43,635 nt of DNA from a virus (lineage: Duplodnaviria > Caudoviricetes): positions 1 to 43,635 of IMG/VR virus record IMGVR_UViG_3300038809_000010; one strand, given 5' to 3'. Both the position numbers and the translations under genes were made by a program. This document shows positions 8,635 to 18,606 of the stretch, piece by piece. Each line of letters begins with the position of its first letter. Positions within the stretch are counted from its first letter, which is position 1. The notes beneath the pieces are model-generated. The model was not told where the DNA came from. It ran no database searches and was given only the letters and a program-made list of their open reading frames with translations.

Positions 8635-9279
8635 ATGGCAGGTTTAAAAGAGCTATCAGCTCAACTCCAGAGCGTGCGCAAGCAAATCCCATTTGCCACT
8701 GCGCAGGCGCTTACCAGTGTCGCCAGAAAGATAGAGTCGGCGGAGAAAACCGCGTTTAAGCGACATCTGGAGAACCCCACTCCGTTTACTGTCAACTCGG
8801 TAAAATCTTTCGGCGCCCGAAAAAGTAACCTGATGGCCAAGGTATTCGTGATGGACACCGCCGCCAGCTATCTGGAGCCATTCGAATTCGGTGGCCAGCA
8901 TAAGCTGAACAGCCAGGCGCTGCTTAACCCAAAGAACATCAAACTGAATAAATACGGCAACCTGACGCGTAACAAGATGACGCAGTTGAAGGCAAAGTCG
9001 GATGTGTTCGTTGGCGATGTAGACGGCACCAATGGTGTTTGGCAGCGGCGAAAGGCCAAGAAAGGAAAGAAGGGCAAGAAGCGGCGGAAACGCTCAGCCA
9101 ATGGCACACGACAGGCACGGATGAAGATGCCAGCACCGAAGCTGCTGATCCAGTTTGGTGATGCGCTGCCCGTTAAGCCTACGCTTGGTTACTTCGACCG
9201 GGCGCAAGCGATGGCCAATGCACTGATGCCTACAGAGCTAAGCCGGGCAATGGCCGAGGCTATGAGAACAGCCAAGTGA
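8635..9279 (+). CDS. Conserved basic phage protein (possible morphogenesis/neck-like)
   Basis: GAGG-ATG at 8635; KQIPFATAQALT motif; very basic RRKAKKGKKGKKRRKR stretch. Confidence 0.65.
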   Translation: MAGLKELSAQLQSVRKQIPFATAQALTSVARKIESAEKTAFKRHLENPTPFTVNSVKSFGARKSNLMAKVFVMDTAASYLEPFEFGGQHKLNSQALLNPKNIKLNKYGNLTRNKMTQLKAKSDVFVGDVDGTNGVWQRRKAKKGKKGKKRRKRSANGTRQARMKMPAPKLLIQFGDALPVKPTLGYFDRAQAMANALMPTELSRAMAEAMRTAK

Positions 9280-9294
9280 TAGTAGGAGTAAATC

Positions 9295-9498
9295 ATGGGA
9301 ATGAAAGCGTCAACGGCACCACCGTATAAACGTGGAGATAAAGTCGTGCGCCCAGCACCTCCACCGCCGCCACCGAAGCCATACACAACAGGCAACCCAA
9401 CACCAAGCCCTGACCCGAGCACAGCATATTGCTGCTGTCATGACCTCATTCTTCCGGGTGATGGGGCGACCTACCTGGTGCGGTTCAAAAAAGTTTGA
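9295..9498 (+). CDS. Pro-rich hypothetical protein
   Basis: AGGAG SD, 67 aa with poly-Pro. Confidence 0.45.
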   Translation: MGMKASTAPPYKRGDKVVRPAPPPPPPKPYTTGNPTPSPDPSTAYCCCHDLILPGDGATYLVRFKKV

Positions 9499-9533
9499 GC
9501 CGATGCCCCTCCCCGGGGCCTCCAGAAAAAAAT

Positions 9534-9579
9534 GGGTCCTTCCCAGCACTTTTGTAAAGCACGGGCATTGCGCGCCGCG
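9534..9579 (+). other. Lambda-type cos: cosQ GGGTCCT and predicted 12-nt cohesive end GGCATTGCGCGC (9564-9575)
   Basis: GGGTCCT-N23(ending ACG)-12 nt-CGCG, same layout as lambda cosQ/cosN; directly upstream of terS. Confidence 0.7.
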
Positions 9580-9611
9580 TTCTGCGTCTAGCTATCAACT
9601 TTTGAAATTTG

Positions 9612-9866
9612 GGTAACAGGTAACACTTGAGGTAACAGATGAACCAGTCAGATTTTGCCAAACTCCACGGCGTCAGCCGAAAGACGGTAACGAGCTGGAA
9701 GGCCCGTGGTTGGCTGGTTCTGGCCGGAGACGACATTGATGTCGAAGCGTCAAATGCAAACATTGAGCGCTTCCGAAAAACTGTTACCCGACCGGAAAAA
9801 AAAGAGGCAGGTAACAAACAGGGTAACAAAACAGGTAACAGATCCTCGGGTAACAAGTCAGGTAAC
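9612..9866 (+). repeat. GGTAAC(A) repeats, putative small-terminase binding sites
   Basis: Copies at 9612, 9619, 9631 (before the ATG) and 9810, 9822, 9834, 9849, 9861 (inside terS). Confidence 0.6.
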
Positions 9867-10238
9867 AAAAACGATAAGGATCTTCCCGAGTCTGCGACGA
9901 AAACCGTCGAGCGGATGATCGTCGAGCACGGCGTGACAATGTCGCTTGATGAAGCGCGCCAGATGAAAGAAAACTTCCTCGCGTTGCTTACCCAGCTCGA
10001 GTACGACATTAAATCCGGGCAGGTGCTGCCGTACAAAGACATGATTGAGGCGGTAGGTAATGAATACGCCCGCATGCGCACCCGTCTCATTGCGATTGCT
10101 CCTGAACATGGCCCCCGGTTGCGGGTGCTGGCTTCTACCACCAACGATGCGGAGTTTGTCCAGGCACTGCAGGAGGTGGTTTACGAGGCGATGGAGGAAT
10201 TGAGCCTTGATGCAGATAACAACCGAGGAGAGAACTAA
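9639..10238 (+). CDS. terS: Terminase small subunit
   Basis: MNQSDFAKLHGVSRKTVTSW wHTH; between cos and terL. Confidence 0.8.
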   Translation: MNQSDFAKLHGVSRKTVTSWKARGWLVLAGDDIDVEASNANIERFRKTVTRPEKKEAGNKQGNKTGNRSSGNKSGNKNDKDLPESATKTVERMIVEHGVTMSLDEARQMKENFLALLTQLEYDIKSGQVLPYKDMIEAVGNEYARMRTRLIAIAPEHGPRLRVLASTTNDAEFVQALQEVVYEAMEELSLDADNNRGEN

Positions 10239-12189
10239 CGCTGCAGCCTGGCAGAATTTCACCGGGGAGCTGCGCCAGCGTCGCTCCGATGTTCGCCCCC
10301 CCGAGCCGCTTTCACTGAGTGAATGGGCTAATAAATACGCAGTGTTGTCGAAAGAGACCAGCGCCCAAACAGGCCGCTTTCGTTCCTTCGCTTATCAGGA
10401 TGGCATGATGGACGCCATTACCGATCCTACGGTGACGCAGGTTTCTGTAATGAAGTCGGCGCGCGTTGGCTATACCAAGATCCTTGACCACGTTGTCGGT
10501 TATTACCTGGCGCATGACCCGTCGCCGATCCTCATCGTTCAGCCGCGTGTTGAAGATGCCGAGGACTACAGTAAAACCGAGATCGCGCCGATGTTGCGTG
10601 ATACCCCGGTGCTGGCGGAAATCTGCGGTGACCCAAAAGCAAAAGACAGCAATCAGACCATCCTCAAAAAGACGTTTGCCAATGGTGCCAACCTGACGCT
10701 TGTGGGAGCGAATAGCCCTGGTGGCTTCCGTCGAATCACCTGCCGCATCATTCTTTTTGACGAAGTTGACGGTTATCCGGCCGGCGGTGCTGGCGTGGAG
10801 GGCGATCAGATTGCACTGGGTATCAAACGTTCAGAAACATTCTGGAACCGCAAGATTGCCCTGGGCTCAACGCCGACGGTCAAAGGGACCAGCCGCATTG
10901 AAAAGGCGTATGAGGAAAGCGATCAGCGCCGATATTACGTACCATGCCCGCATTGTGGTGAACATCAGGTATTGGAATGGGGTGGACCGGATACCCCTTA
11001 CGGCATTAAATGGGACAAGGATGAGCACGGAGAGGGCATTCCTGAAACGGCTTATTATGTTTGCCGCCACAATGGTTGCGTGATCCACCATAACGAAAAA
11101 GCCTCAATGGTGAAGCGTGGTGAATGGAGGGCAAGCAAACCGTTTAAAGGTCATGCCGGATTCCACATCTGGGCGGGGTACAGCCTGTTCCCCAATGCTG
11201 CATGGAAATACCTGGTTGCCGAATGGTTGAGGGTTAAAAATGATCCGCTGATGCGGCAGACATTCATTAACCTGGTGTTGGGTGAACCGTATGAAGATCG
11301 CGGAGAAAAAGCGCTGAGTGAAAAACGGCTACTGGAACGCTGTGAAGTTTATGGCGCCGAGGTGGCTGACCACGTTGCGGTGTTGACGGCCGGTATTGAT
11401 ACCCAGGATGGGCGCTTTGAAATTGAAGTCACTGGTTGGGGGAAAAATGAGGAAAGCTGGTCTATCGCCTATGACGTTATCGAAGGTGATCTGGAAACCA
11501 ATGAGCCATGGCAGCGACTGGATGCTTATTTAAAACAGATTTGGCGGCGGGCTGATGGGCGAGGGTTCACCATCATGGCGGCTTGCATGGACTCCGGTGG
11601 TCACCATACCCAAAAGGTGTACGAGTTTGCCAAAGAGCGTCTTGGTCGTCGTATTTGGGCGATCAAGGGCGAATCAGCACGCGGTGGCAAACGTTCGCCG
11701 GTTTGGCCGACGAAAAAGCCGACATCTCGCTCTAAGGCCAGTTTTAAGCCGATCATTATCGGCGTGAATGCTGCCAAGGATACCGTTCGAGGGCGTTTGC
11801 ATATTGAGCCCCCCGCGCCTGGGGAACCCGCCGCAAGCTATATGCATTTCCCTGTTGATCGAGATTTGAATTACTTCAGTCAGCTATTGGCGGAGCGTTC
11901 TGTTCTTAAAGTGTCCGGTGGCCAGCGTTATCGGGTTTGGGAACAAATACCGGGGCGGGCTAACGAAGCGCTGGACTGCCGGGTGTACAGTTATGCGGCG
12001 TTGTGCGGGCTGTTTTATCTCGGACTGAAACTGAACCAACTGGCAGACAATATCGTGGTAAACCCCGATCGTCTGTTGCCAGCGCCACAGCAACCCGAAG
12101 AAAAACCCAATCTTCGTCTGCCTGGCGTCATCATCGAAGAGACAGAAAAACCCAAGCGTAAGCGCCTGTCACAACTTTTACCCTCTTAA
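10207..12189 (+). CDS. terL: Terminase large subunit (lambda gpA family)
   Basis: KSARVGYT Walker A, ILFDEVD Walker B, GSTPT, YYVPCPHCG, NEALDC. Confidence 0.95.
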   Translation: MMQITTEERTNAAAWQNFTGELRQRRSDVRPPEPLSLSEWANKYAVLSKETSAQTGRFRSFAYQDGMMDAITDPTVTQVSVMKSARVGYTKILDHVVGYYLAHDPSPILIVQPRVEDAEDYSKTEIAPMLRDTPVLAEICGDPKAKDSNQTILKKTFANGANLTLVGANSPGGFRRITCRIILFDEVDGYPAGGAGVEGDQIALGIKRSETFWNRKIALGSTPTVKGTSRIEKAYEESDQRRYYVPCPHCGEHQVLEWGGPDTPYGIKWDKDEHGEGIPETAYYVCRHNGCVIHHNEKASMVKRGEWRASKPFKGHAGFHIWAGYSLFPNAAWKYLVAEWLRVKNDPLMRQTFINLVLGEPYEDRGEKALSEKRLLERCEVYGAEVADHVAVLTAGIDTQDGRFEIEVTGWGKNEESWSIAYDVIEGDLETNEPWQRLDAYLKQIWRRADGRGFTIMAACMDSGGHHTQKVYEFAKERLGRRIWAIKGESARGGKRSPVWPTKKPTSRSKASFKPIIIGVNAAKDTVRGRLHIEPPAPGEPAASYMHFPVDRDLNYFSQLLAERSVLKVSGGQRYRVWEQIPGRANEALDCRVYSYAALCGLFYLGLKLNQLADNIVVNPDRLLPAPQQPEEKPNLRLPGVIIEETEKPKRKRLSQLLPS

Positions 12190-12197
12190 GGATCCCT

Positions 12198-12461
12198 ATG
12201 TTTAACCGTAACACTAGCCTGCTGGCCGGTGCGATGACGCCTGCGCAATTGCAGGACGCATTGGCGAAGGCGCAGCAGGCCTATATTGACCTTGCTGCCG
12301 GATCCCGTGGTGTCTCGTTTTCGTATACCCAGGGTGATGGCACGCGTTCTGTTTCCTACCAGCAATCCTCACTGGCTGATTTGGTGGCGCTGATCCAGTT
12401 GCTGCAGGCTCAGTTGGGTATTGTTACCCGCCCACGTAGTCCGATGAGGTTTAGATTCTGA
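12198..12461 (+). CDS. Head-tail adaptor, gpW-like
   Basis: Position between terL and portal; helix-beta-beta-helix pattern. Confidence 0.75.
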   Translation: MFNRNTSLLAGAMTPAQLQDALAKAQQAYIDLAAGSRGVSFSYTQGDGTRSVSYQQSSLADLVALIQLLQAQLGIVTRPRSPMRFRF

Positions 12462-14107
12462 TGAATGACATCAAGATTTTAGGCCCAAACGGGCAACCGC
12501 TACCACCATCAAGGTCAAGAGCGTCCATGCTGGTGGGCGGAAGTCGGGTTCCCTACGATGCGGCAGATTCGTTCAGTGACCAGCTTGCAAACTGGCAGCC
12601 GGCGCTGTGGTCACCAGACAATGAGATCAATATTTACCGCGATCGCATTGTCTCCCGTGTACGGGATTTGGCCCGCAATGATGGGTGGGCCAGTGGCAGT
12701 ATCACCCGTGTGCTGGATAACGCCGTTGGCGCTAACTTTCGCCCCATCCTAAAGCCTGATTACCGCATGCTGGCGCTTATGACGGGTAACAGTTCGTTTG
12801 ACGCTACCTGGGCGGATGAATACGGCAAAGTGATCGAGGCACACTGGCGGTCATGGGCGCAGGATGACCCTGGGCGTTATTGTGACGTTGAGAGGAAACA
12901 GACGGTGTCGCAAATGCTGCGGCTGGGTTTTCGTCACAAGCTGATTGATGGCGATGCGCTGGCTGTTCTGCAATATCGCCCAGATCGACTAGGCCGCGGG
13001 CGGGGGCGCTATGCCACTACGGTGCAGATTGTAGACCCTGACCGCCTGAGCAACCCGCAACAAAATTTTGATATGCCTAACATCCGCGGCGGTGTCGAAA
13101 TTGATGATGATGGCGCTCCTGTGGCCTACCACATCCGCGAAGCGCATATCGGCGACTGGTGGAGTGGTGCCAAAACGATGACCTGGCGGCGTATCCCGCG
13201 GGAAACGGACTGGGGGCGCCCGCATGTTGTGCATGATTATGACCATGAGCGTGGCGCCCAGCATCGTGGGAACGGGATATTAACGCCGGTCGTACAACGA
13301 CTGAAAATGCTCATCAAGTACGATCAGACAGAGCTGGAAGCGGCAATACTGAACGCGGTATTCGGCGCTTATGTTTCCTCGCCGTATGATCCGCAGATGG
13401 TTGAAGCGGCAATGGGGGAAAACTTCGACGACACCAGTATTGGCGCTTATCAAGACGGGCGTATTGAGTTCCATAATGATCGGCGCATATCGCTGCAAAA
13501 TGGGTCAAGAATGCCTATTTTGTACCCCGGTGAAAAAATAGAAACGGTTAACGCTTCGAGGCCACACAGCAATTTTGAGGTGTTTGAGAGCGCTGCATTG
13601 CGCAACATCGCCGCTGCTACCGGGCTTTCTACCCAGCAGGTAACACAAGATTGGTCTGACGTTAACTACAGCTCTGCGCGTTCTGCGATGTTGGAGGCGT
13701 GGAAAACGTTGACCCGCCGGCGTGATGATTTTTCTGTCGGGTTTGCCCAGCCGATCCTGTCCGCATTTATCGAAGAAATTCACGACACGGAAGATTTACC
13801 ACTGCCGAATGGCGCTCCTCATTTTCTGGATGCTAGGGCGGCTTATTGTCGTGCACGCTGGATGGGGCCTGGACGTGGTTGGGTGGACCCGGTGGCAGAG
13901 AAAAAAGGCGCCATTCTCGGTATGGATGCCGGACTTTCAACGCTGGAAATGGAAGCGGCGGAAAATGCCGGCGAAGATTGGGAAGAAATGCTGGACCAGC
14001 GGAAACGCGAAATTGACGCGTTTAAAGAACGTGGGCTTCCGTTGCCAACTTGGGCTCAGGCCGAAATCTTCGCACCAGAAACGATAAAAGATCCGGAGGC
14101 AGAGTGA
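12461..14107 (+). CDS. Portal protein, lambda family
   Basis: RVRDLARND, QHRG, DWSDVNYSSAR, GWVDPVAE. Confidence 0.92.
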   Translation: MNDIKILGPNGQPLPPSRSRASMLVGGSRVPYDAADSFSDQLANWQPALWSPDNEINIYRDRIVSRVRDLARNDGWASGSITRVLDNAVGANFRPILKPDYRMLALMTGNSSFDATWADEYGKVIEAHWRSWAQDDPGRYCDVERKQTVSQMLRLGFRHKLIDGDALAVLQYRPDRLGRGRGRYATTVQIVDPDRLSNPQQNFDMPNIRGGVEIDDDGAPVAYHIREAHIGDWWSGAKTMTWRRIPRETDWGRPHVVHDYDHERGAQHRGNGILTPVVQRLKMLIKYDQTELEAAILNAVFGAYVSSPYDPQMVEAAMGENFDDTSIGAYQDGRIEFHNDRRISLQNGSRMPILYPGEKIETVNASRPHSNFEVFESAALRNIAAATGLSTQQVTQDWSDVNYSSARSAMLEAWKTLTRRRDDFSVGFAQPILSAFIEEIHDTEDLPLPNGAPHFLDARAAYCRARWMGPGRGWVDPVAEKKGAILGMDAGLSTLEMEAAENAGEDWEEMLDQRKREIDAFKERGLPLPTWAQAEIFAPETIKDPEAE

Positions 14108-14964
14108 ATTTACCGCACCTGGCGCAGCGGCTATTTAACACGCCGCTGGCGCTGCACCCACAAAAAGCCGAAGTCGTCATGGCCGCCATGATGGACCGGT
14201 TCGGGATAACCCGCATTAATACCCTGGCCTCTGACTGGCTGGGAGAAGACGACAGTTTTACCCGTAAAGCACGTAAGCAGGATGTGGGTTATGACGTGGT
14301 CGGTGGTATTGCCGTCATCCCCGTTCAGGGGACGTTGGTTCAGAAACTCGGCTCGTTGCGGCCCTACAGCGGCATGAGCGGTTACGACGGAATACGCCAA
14401 TCATTCCTCACAGCAATGAATGATCCTGAGGTGAACGGCATCTGTCTGGATATCGATTCACCCGGGGGAGAGGTTGCTGGATGTTTTGACCTGGTGGACG
14501 AGATTTATCACGCCCGGGGCTCAAAACCGATCCACGCCATCCTGACCGAAAATGCCTATTCCGCAGCGTACGCTATTGCCAGCGCTGCTGACCGGATCTA
14601 TGTTCCGCGCACCGGAGGCGTTGGCTCAATCGGTGTCATCGTAATTCACTGTGACTGGTCACAGCGAATTAAAGAAGACGGGCTGGCGGTGACCATTATC
14701 ACCTATGGCGACCGCAAGGCCGAAAGCAATCCTTACGTCAAACTGACCGATCAGGCCCGCGCCGCGATTCAGGATGATGTGGATACGATGGGTAGGCTTT
14801 TTGTCAGCACAGTAGCCCGAAATCGGGGGATCTCTGAGAAAACTATCCGTAATACCCAGGCTGCCTGTTTCCTGGCGGCTGATGGCGTCCAACTGGGGCT
14901 GGCTGATGCAGTCATGACCCCTGACGCCGCATTCCGAAAATTATTCACCGAAGCAGGAGCTTAA
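14104..14964 (+). CDS. Prohead protease, S49 family (gpC-like)
   Basis: LDIDSPGG, AYSAAY, GSIGV; GTG start after GGAGG. Confidence 0.9.
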   Translation: MNLPHLAQRLFNTPLALHPQKAEVVMAAMMDRFGITRINTLASDWLGEDDSFTRKARKQDVGYDVVGGIAVIPVQGTLVQKLGSLRPYSGMSGYDGIRQSFLTAMNDPEVNGICLDIDSPGGEVAGCFDLVDEIYHARGSKPIHAILTENAYSAAYAIASAADRIYVPRTGGVGSIGVIVIHCDWSQRIKEDGLAVTIITYGDRKAESNPYVKLTDQARAAIQDDVDTMGRLFVSTVARNRGISEKTIRNTQAACFLAADGVQLGLADAVMTPDAAFRKLFTEAGA

Positions 14965-14967
14965 CGT

Positions 14968-15567
14968 ATGTCTTACTCAAAATTTGCCCACCTGATGGGT
15001 TTTAAGAAAAAAGCCTCTGAAGATGAGGACGACGACAAAGAAAAAGGTAAAAAGGCGAAATCTCGCCGCGCAGAAGAGGAGCGCGATGACGACGAGGACG
15101 CCGAAGAGGAGGATGATCGCGAAGACATGGAAGACGATGATGACAGCGATCCTGATGCCGAAGAGGACGACGACAAAGAAAAGGGCAAAAAGGCTAAGTC
15201 TCGTCGTGCGGAAGAAGACGATGACGCTGATGCAGAAGAGGACGACGAAAACCGCGATGTGAAAAAAGGTCGCCGGGCTGAGCGTAAACGTTGTGCAGCA
15301 ATCTTTGGCAGCAAGCACGCAGCCGGCCGCCCTGATATGGCGGCTCATCTGGCGTTCAGCACCCGTATGAGCGCAAGTGAAGCTATTGGCACGCTGGCGA
15401 CTATGGGGGCAGTAGCTCCAGTTAAGTCTGCTCGTGTATCGCTGGATTCGCGTATGCAAACTGAACAGGTACGGCTGGGCCCGGATGGCGGCAAGTCTGC
15501 TACGGGGAAAAATGCGCTGGTAAGTAAGATGACCAGTCTCTATGACACAGCTCGAGGTAACAAGTAA
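14968..15567 (+). CDS. Acidic scaffolding protein (Nu3-like) with internal duplication
   Basis: D/E-rich; EDDDKEKGKKAKSRRAEE twice; AERKRCAAI. Confidence 0.65.
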   Translation: MSYSKFAHLMGFKKKASEDEDDDKEKGKKAKSRRAEEERDDDEDAEEEDDREDMEDDDDSDPDAEEDDDKEKGKKAKSRRAEEDDDADAEEDDENRDVKKGRRAERKRCAAIFGSKHAAGRPDMAAHLAFSTRMSASEAIGTLATMGAVAPVKSARVSLDSRMQTEQVRLGPDGGKSATGKNALVSKMTSLYDTARGNK

Positions 15568-15968
15568 TGGACCAGTTTGGACAAAATCAATTCGCACCGG
15601 GCATGAAAAGTTCGCTGTTCGTACCCGATCAACTGGTTTCCGGCCCGTTACAGCTGGTTACCGACTCAGTCACGATCGGTGTTTCAGGTGCGCTTAAACG
15701 TGGGACGGTACTCGGAATGGTCACTGCGACCGGCGCGTATATCCCAAGCAAAAAAGATGCTACCGACGGCAGTGAAAATGCGTCTGCCATTCTGGTCGAT
15801 AACGTAGACACCACCACTGTCGCACAAACTGGCGGCGTGTATCTGATGGGCGAGTTTAACCAGCATCGCCTGATCTTCGATGCGACCTGGACCATTGCTG
15901 AACTGAAAGCGCAATTCCGCCCTCTGGCTATCTTCCTACGCGATAGCATCCAGTCGCCAGTATCCTGA
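15567..15968 (+). CDS. Head decoration protein (gpD-like)
   Basis: LKRGTVLG...DGSENASAIL; precedes major capsid gene. Confidence 0.85.
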   Translation: MDQFGQNQFAPGMKSSLFVPDQLVSGPLQLVTDSVTIGVSGALKRGTVLGMVTATGAYIPSKKDATDGSENASAILVDNVDTTTVAQTGGVYLMGEFNQHRLIFDATWTIAELKAQFRPLAIFLRDSIQSPVS

Positions 15969-16068
15969 TCTAACCCTTTGAAACGTAACTGATGCCATTT
16001 CTTTGGCAGGGTTGCACTCGTCCTGAATTCTGGCCGGCTACGGTGCCGGCATCATAAAGAGACTGAAT

Positions 16069-17118
16069 ATGGAAAACATTTTTGATACCAGCGTGCTGGT
16101 ACAGGTCGTCCCTAACCTGAAAACCAGTCAAAACTGGCTTCTGGATCGCTTCTTCCCGAATGTGGTGGAAGCCCAGACGGAAGAGGTGGCAATCGATGTG
16201 GACGTTGGTCTGCGTCGTATGGCGCCATTTGTATCGCCGCTGGTGGAAGGTAAGCTGGTTGAGAGTCGTAAATACCAGACCAATACCTTCAAGCCAGCGT
16301 ATATCAAAGATAAGCGCGCACCTGATCTGCGCAAACCCATTCGTCGCCAGATCGGTGAGCGTATTGGCGGCGAGTTTACTGCTGCTGAGCGTGAAATGCT
16401 TAACCTGCAGTTTGAGATGGCCGATCAGATTGACATGATCAACCGCCGTCTTGAATGGATGGCCAGTAGCGCTATGGTATCGGGCAAAGTTACTGTGGCG
16501 GGTGACGGATATGAGACCAAGGTGGTCGATTTTGGCCGTTCGCCTGACCTGACCATTACCCTTAGTGGCAGCGATAAATGGCCGTTGACGGTGGCCGCAG
16601 GCGCTACCAATACTCAGCCGTCGGATGATATTGAGGAATGGCAGACGCTGATCCTCAAAAATTCCGGCGCAGTACCGACGGATTTGGTTTTCACCAATAA
16701 ATCGTGGAAAGCGTTCCGGCTGGATACCACCATCAAGGATAACGCCATCACTTTCCCGGCGCTGAGCCCGTACGGCAACCAGATTAATGCAGGTGCGCAG
16801 GTGCAAAAAGGCGCCGTTTATAAAGGTCGCTGGGGTAACTTTGACCTGTGGCTGTATAACGACTGGTACATTGACCCGTCGGATAACATTGAAAAACCTA
16901 TGATCCCAGATGGTGCTGTCATTATGTCTGGCGCTGACCTGATGGGTACTCGGGCGTTCGGCATGATCCTTGATCCAGAGTTTAACTATGGTCCGCTGGC
17001 TTATGCGCCTAAATCCTGGGTTGAAAAGGACCCTGCTCAGCGCATTCTGTTAACCCAGTCATCCCCGCTTGTCATTCCAAGCCGGGTAAATGCTGCACTC
17101 TGCGCGACGGTGGTGTGA
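16069..17118 (+). CDS. Major capsid protein (lambda gpE family)
   Basis: LLDRFFP, MAPFVSP, FKPAYIK, TQSSPL. Confidence 0.92.
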   Translation: MENIFDTSVLVQVVPNLKTSQNWLLDRFFPNVVEAQTEEVAIDVDVGLRRMAPFVSPLVEGKLVESRKYQTNTFKPAYIKDKRAPDLRKPIRRQIGERIGGEFTAAEREMLNLQFEMADQIDMINRRLEWMASSAMVSGKVTVAGDGYETKVVDFGRSPDLTITLSGSDKWPLTVAAGATNTQPSDDIEEWQTLILKNSGAVPTDLVFTNKSWKAFRLDTTIKDNAITFPALSPYGNQINAGAQVQKGAVYKGRWGNFDLWLYNDWYIDPSDNIEKPMIPDGAVIMSGADLMGTRAFGMILDPEFNYGPLAYAPKSWVEKDPAQRILLTQSSPLVIPSRVNAALCATVV

Positions 17119-17119
17119 T

Positions 17120-17523
<404 letters not shown>

Positions 17524-17524
<1 letters not shown>

Positions 17525-17868
17525 TGGGTATCAACTGGGATCAGCATTTGCTTGCACCGTTGCACGGCGTTTTTGGTGACCCGGTTGACTACCGGCCAGC
17601 CGGCGGTGCGCCGTACACCGTCAGCGGCATTTTTGATCGTGCCTATACGCAAGAGGTCGAGCCGCTGGACAACGGCAGCACTATCAACACCACTTCTCCG
17701 GTGTTGGGAGTGCTTGATAGCGAGTTCCGGGCTCGGCCAAAGCAGGGGGATCGTGTGTTCGTCGGTATCGTCGGTGGGGTACCGGTTAATACGCTGTTTG
17801 CCGTGTCGGACGTTCAACCGGATAGCCATGGCGGGAAAAAGCTTATTCTCAATAAGGTGAAAGTATGA
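17524..17868 (+). CDS. Head-tail joining protein (gpFII-like)
   Basis: Size, synteny, GIFD and VQPDSHG motifs. Confidence 0.7.
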
Positions 17869-18407
17869 ATGCCAGAGGGATAAGGCTACTGGTCATCGAG
17901 GCGCTGAAGAATAAAACCGATGCAGGCGATCGGGTTTATTCGCCACGGGACTGGCCGACCACAGCGGACATGTACCCGGTTATTCTGGTGCAAACGCCGA
18001 TCGACGTTAAGAGCTCACTTGGCCGTAATGTTCCTCAGTTCAACACGGTGACGACTGTTCGCCTCACGGGCCGCCTGCAGGAGTTGGACGATGCATCGAA
18101 AGACAATGGGGCAGAGAGAGCAGAAGAGGCGCTGGAGCAGTTGCGCGAGCAGGTAGAGCGCGCGGTGATCAACAGCTATGAACTGACCCGCAAAATTCAG
18201 CAGTTTTTTCAGGTTCGCTCCACCATTGGTATTGATGCTGACGGTGAAGGGCACACAGCTCAACTGCTGATGGAACTGGACATTGAATATTACCAGGGCC
18301 CTGAAGAGTTCTATGAAATCGATACTGAACCTCTCGAGGGAATAGACGCAACGATCGCCATGCCTGATGGCACCCCCGAACCACTCGTAAAAATCGATCT
18401 GGAGTAA
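17865..18407 (+). CDS. Putative tail terminator/completion protein
   Basis: Synteny before DUF2635 and sheath. Confidence 0.55.
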   Translation: MNARGIRLLVIEALKNKTDAGDRVYSPRDWPTTADMYPVILVQTPIDVKSSLGRNVPQFNTVTTVRLTGRLQELDDASKDNGAERAEEALEQLREQVERAVINSYELTRKIQQFFQVRSTIGIDADGEGHTAQLLMELDIEYYQGPEEFYEIDTEPLEGIDATIAMPDGTPEPLVKIDLE

Positions 18408-18411
18408 CTCT

Positions 18412-18606
18412 ATGTTTGTGAAACCCGCACCGGGGCGCATTGTGCGCGATCCGGTCAAGGGCACCTTTTTGCCTGAATCCGGCGAACAGGTACCCGACAA
18501 TATTTTTTGGGGGCGCCGCCTGAAGGATGGCGATGTTGATAAATTCGACCCTAAAGCGGCCGCAAAGCCAGCGACAGGGAAGAAAATCCAGGAGAATGAT
18601 CAATGA
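18412..18606 (+). CDS. DUF2635-family protein (Mu gp38-like)
   Basis: MFVKPAPGRIVRDP...FWGRRLKDGDV. Confidence 0.8.
   Translation: MFVKPAPGRIVRDPVKGTFLPESGEQVPDNIFWGRRLKDGDVDKFDPKAAAKPATGKKIQENDQ

Noticed and set aside
14973-16806. Long antisense ORFs (14977-15597, 15970-16806 and similar)
   Set aside because: Shadows of scaffold and capsid genes, with no motifs or RBS
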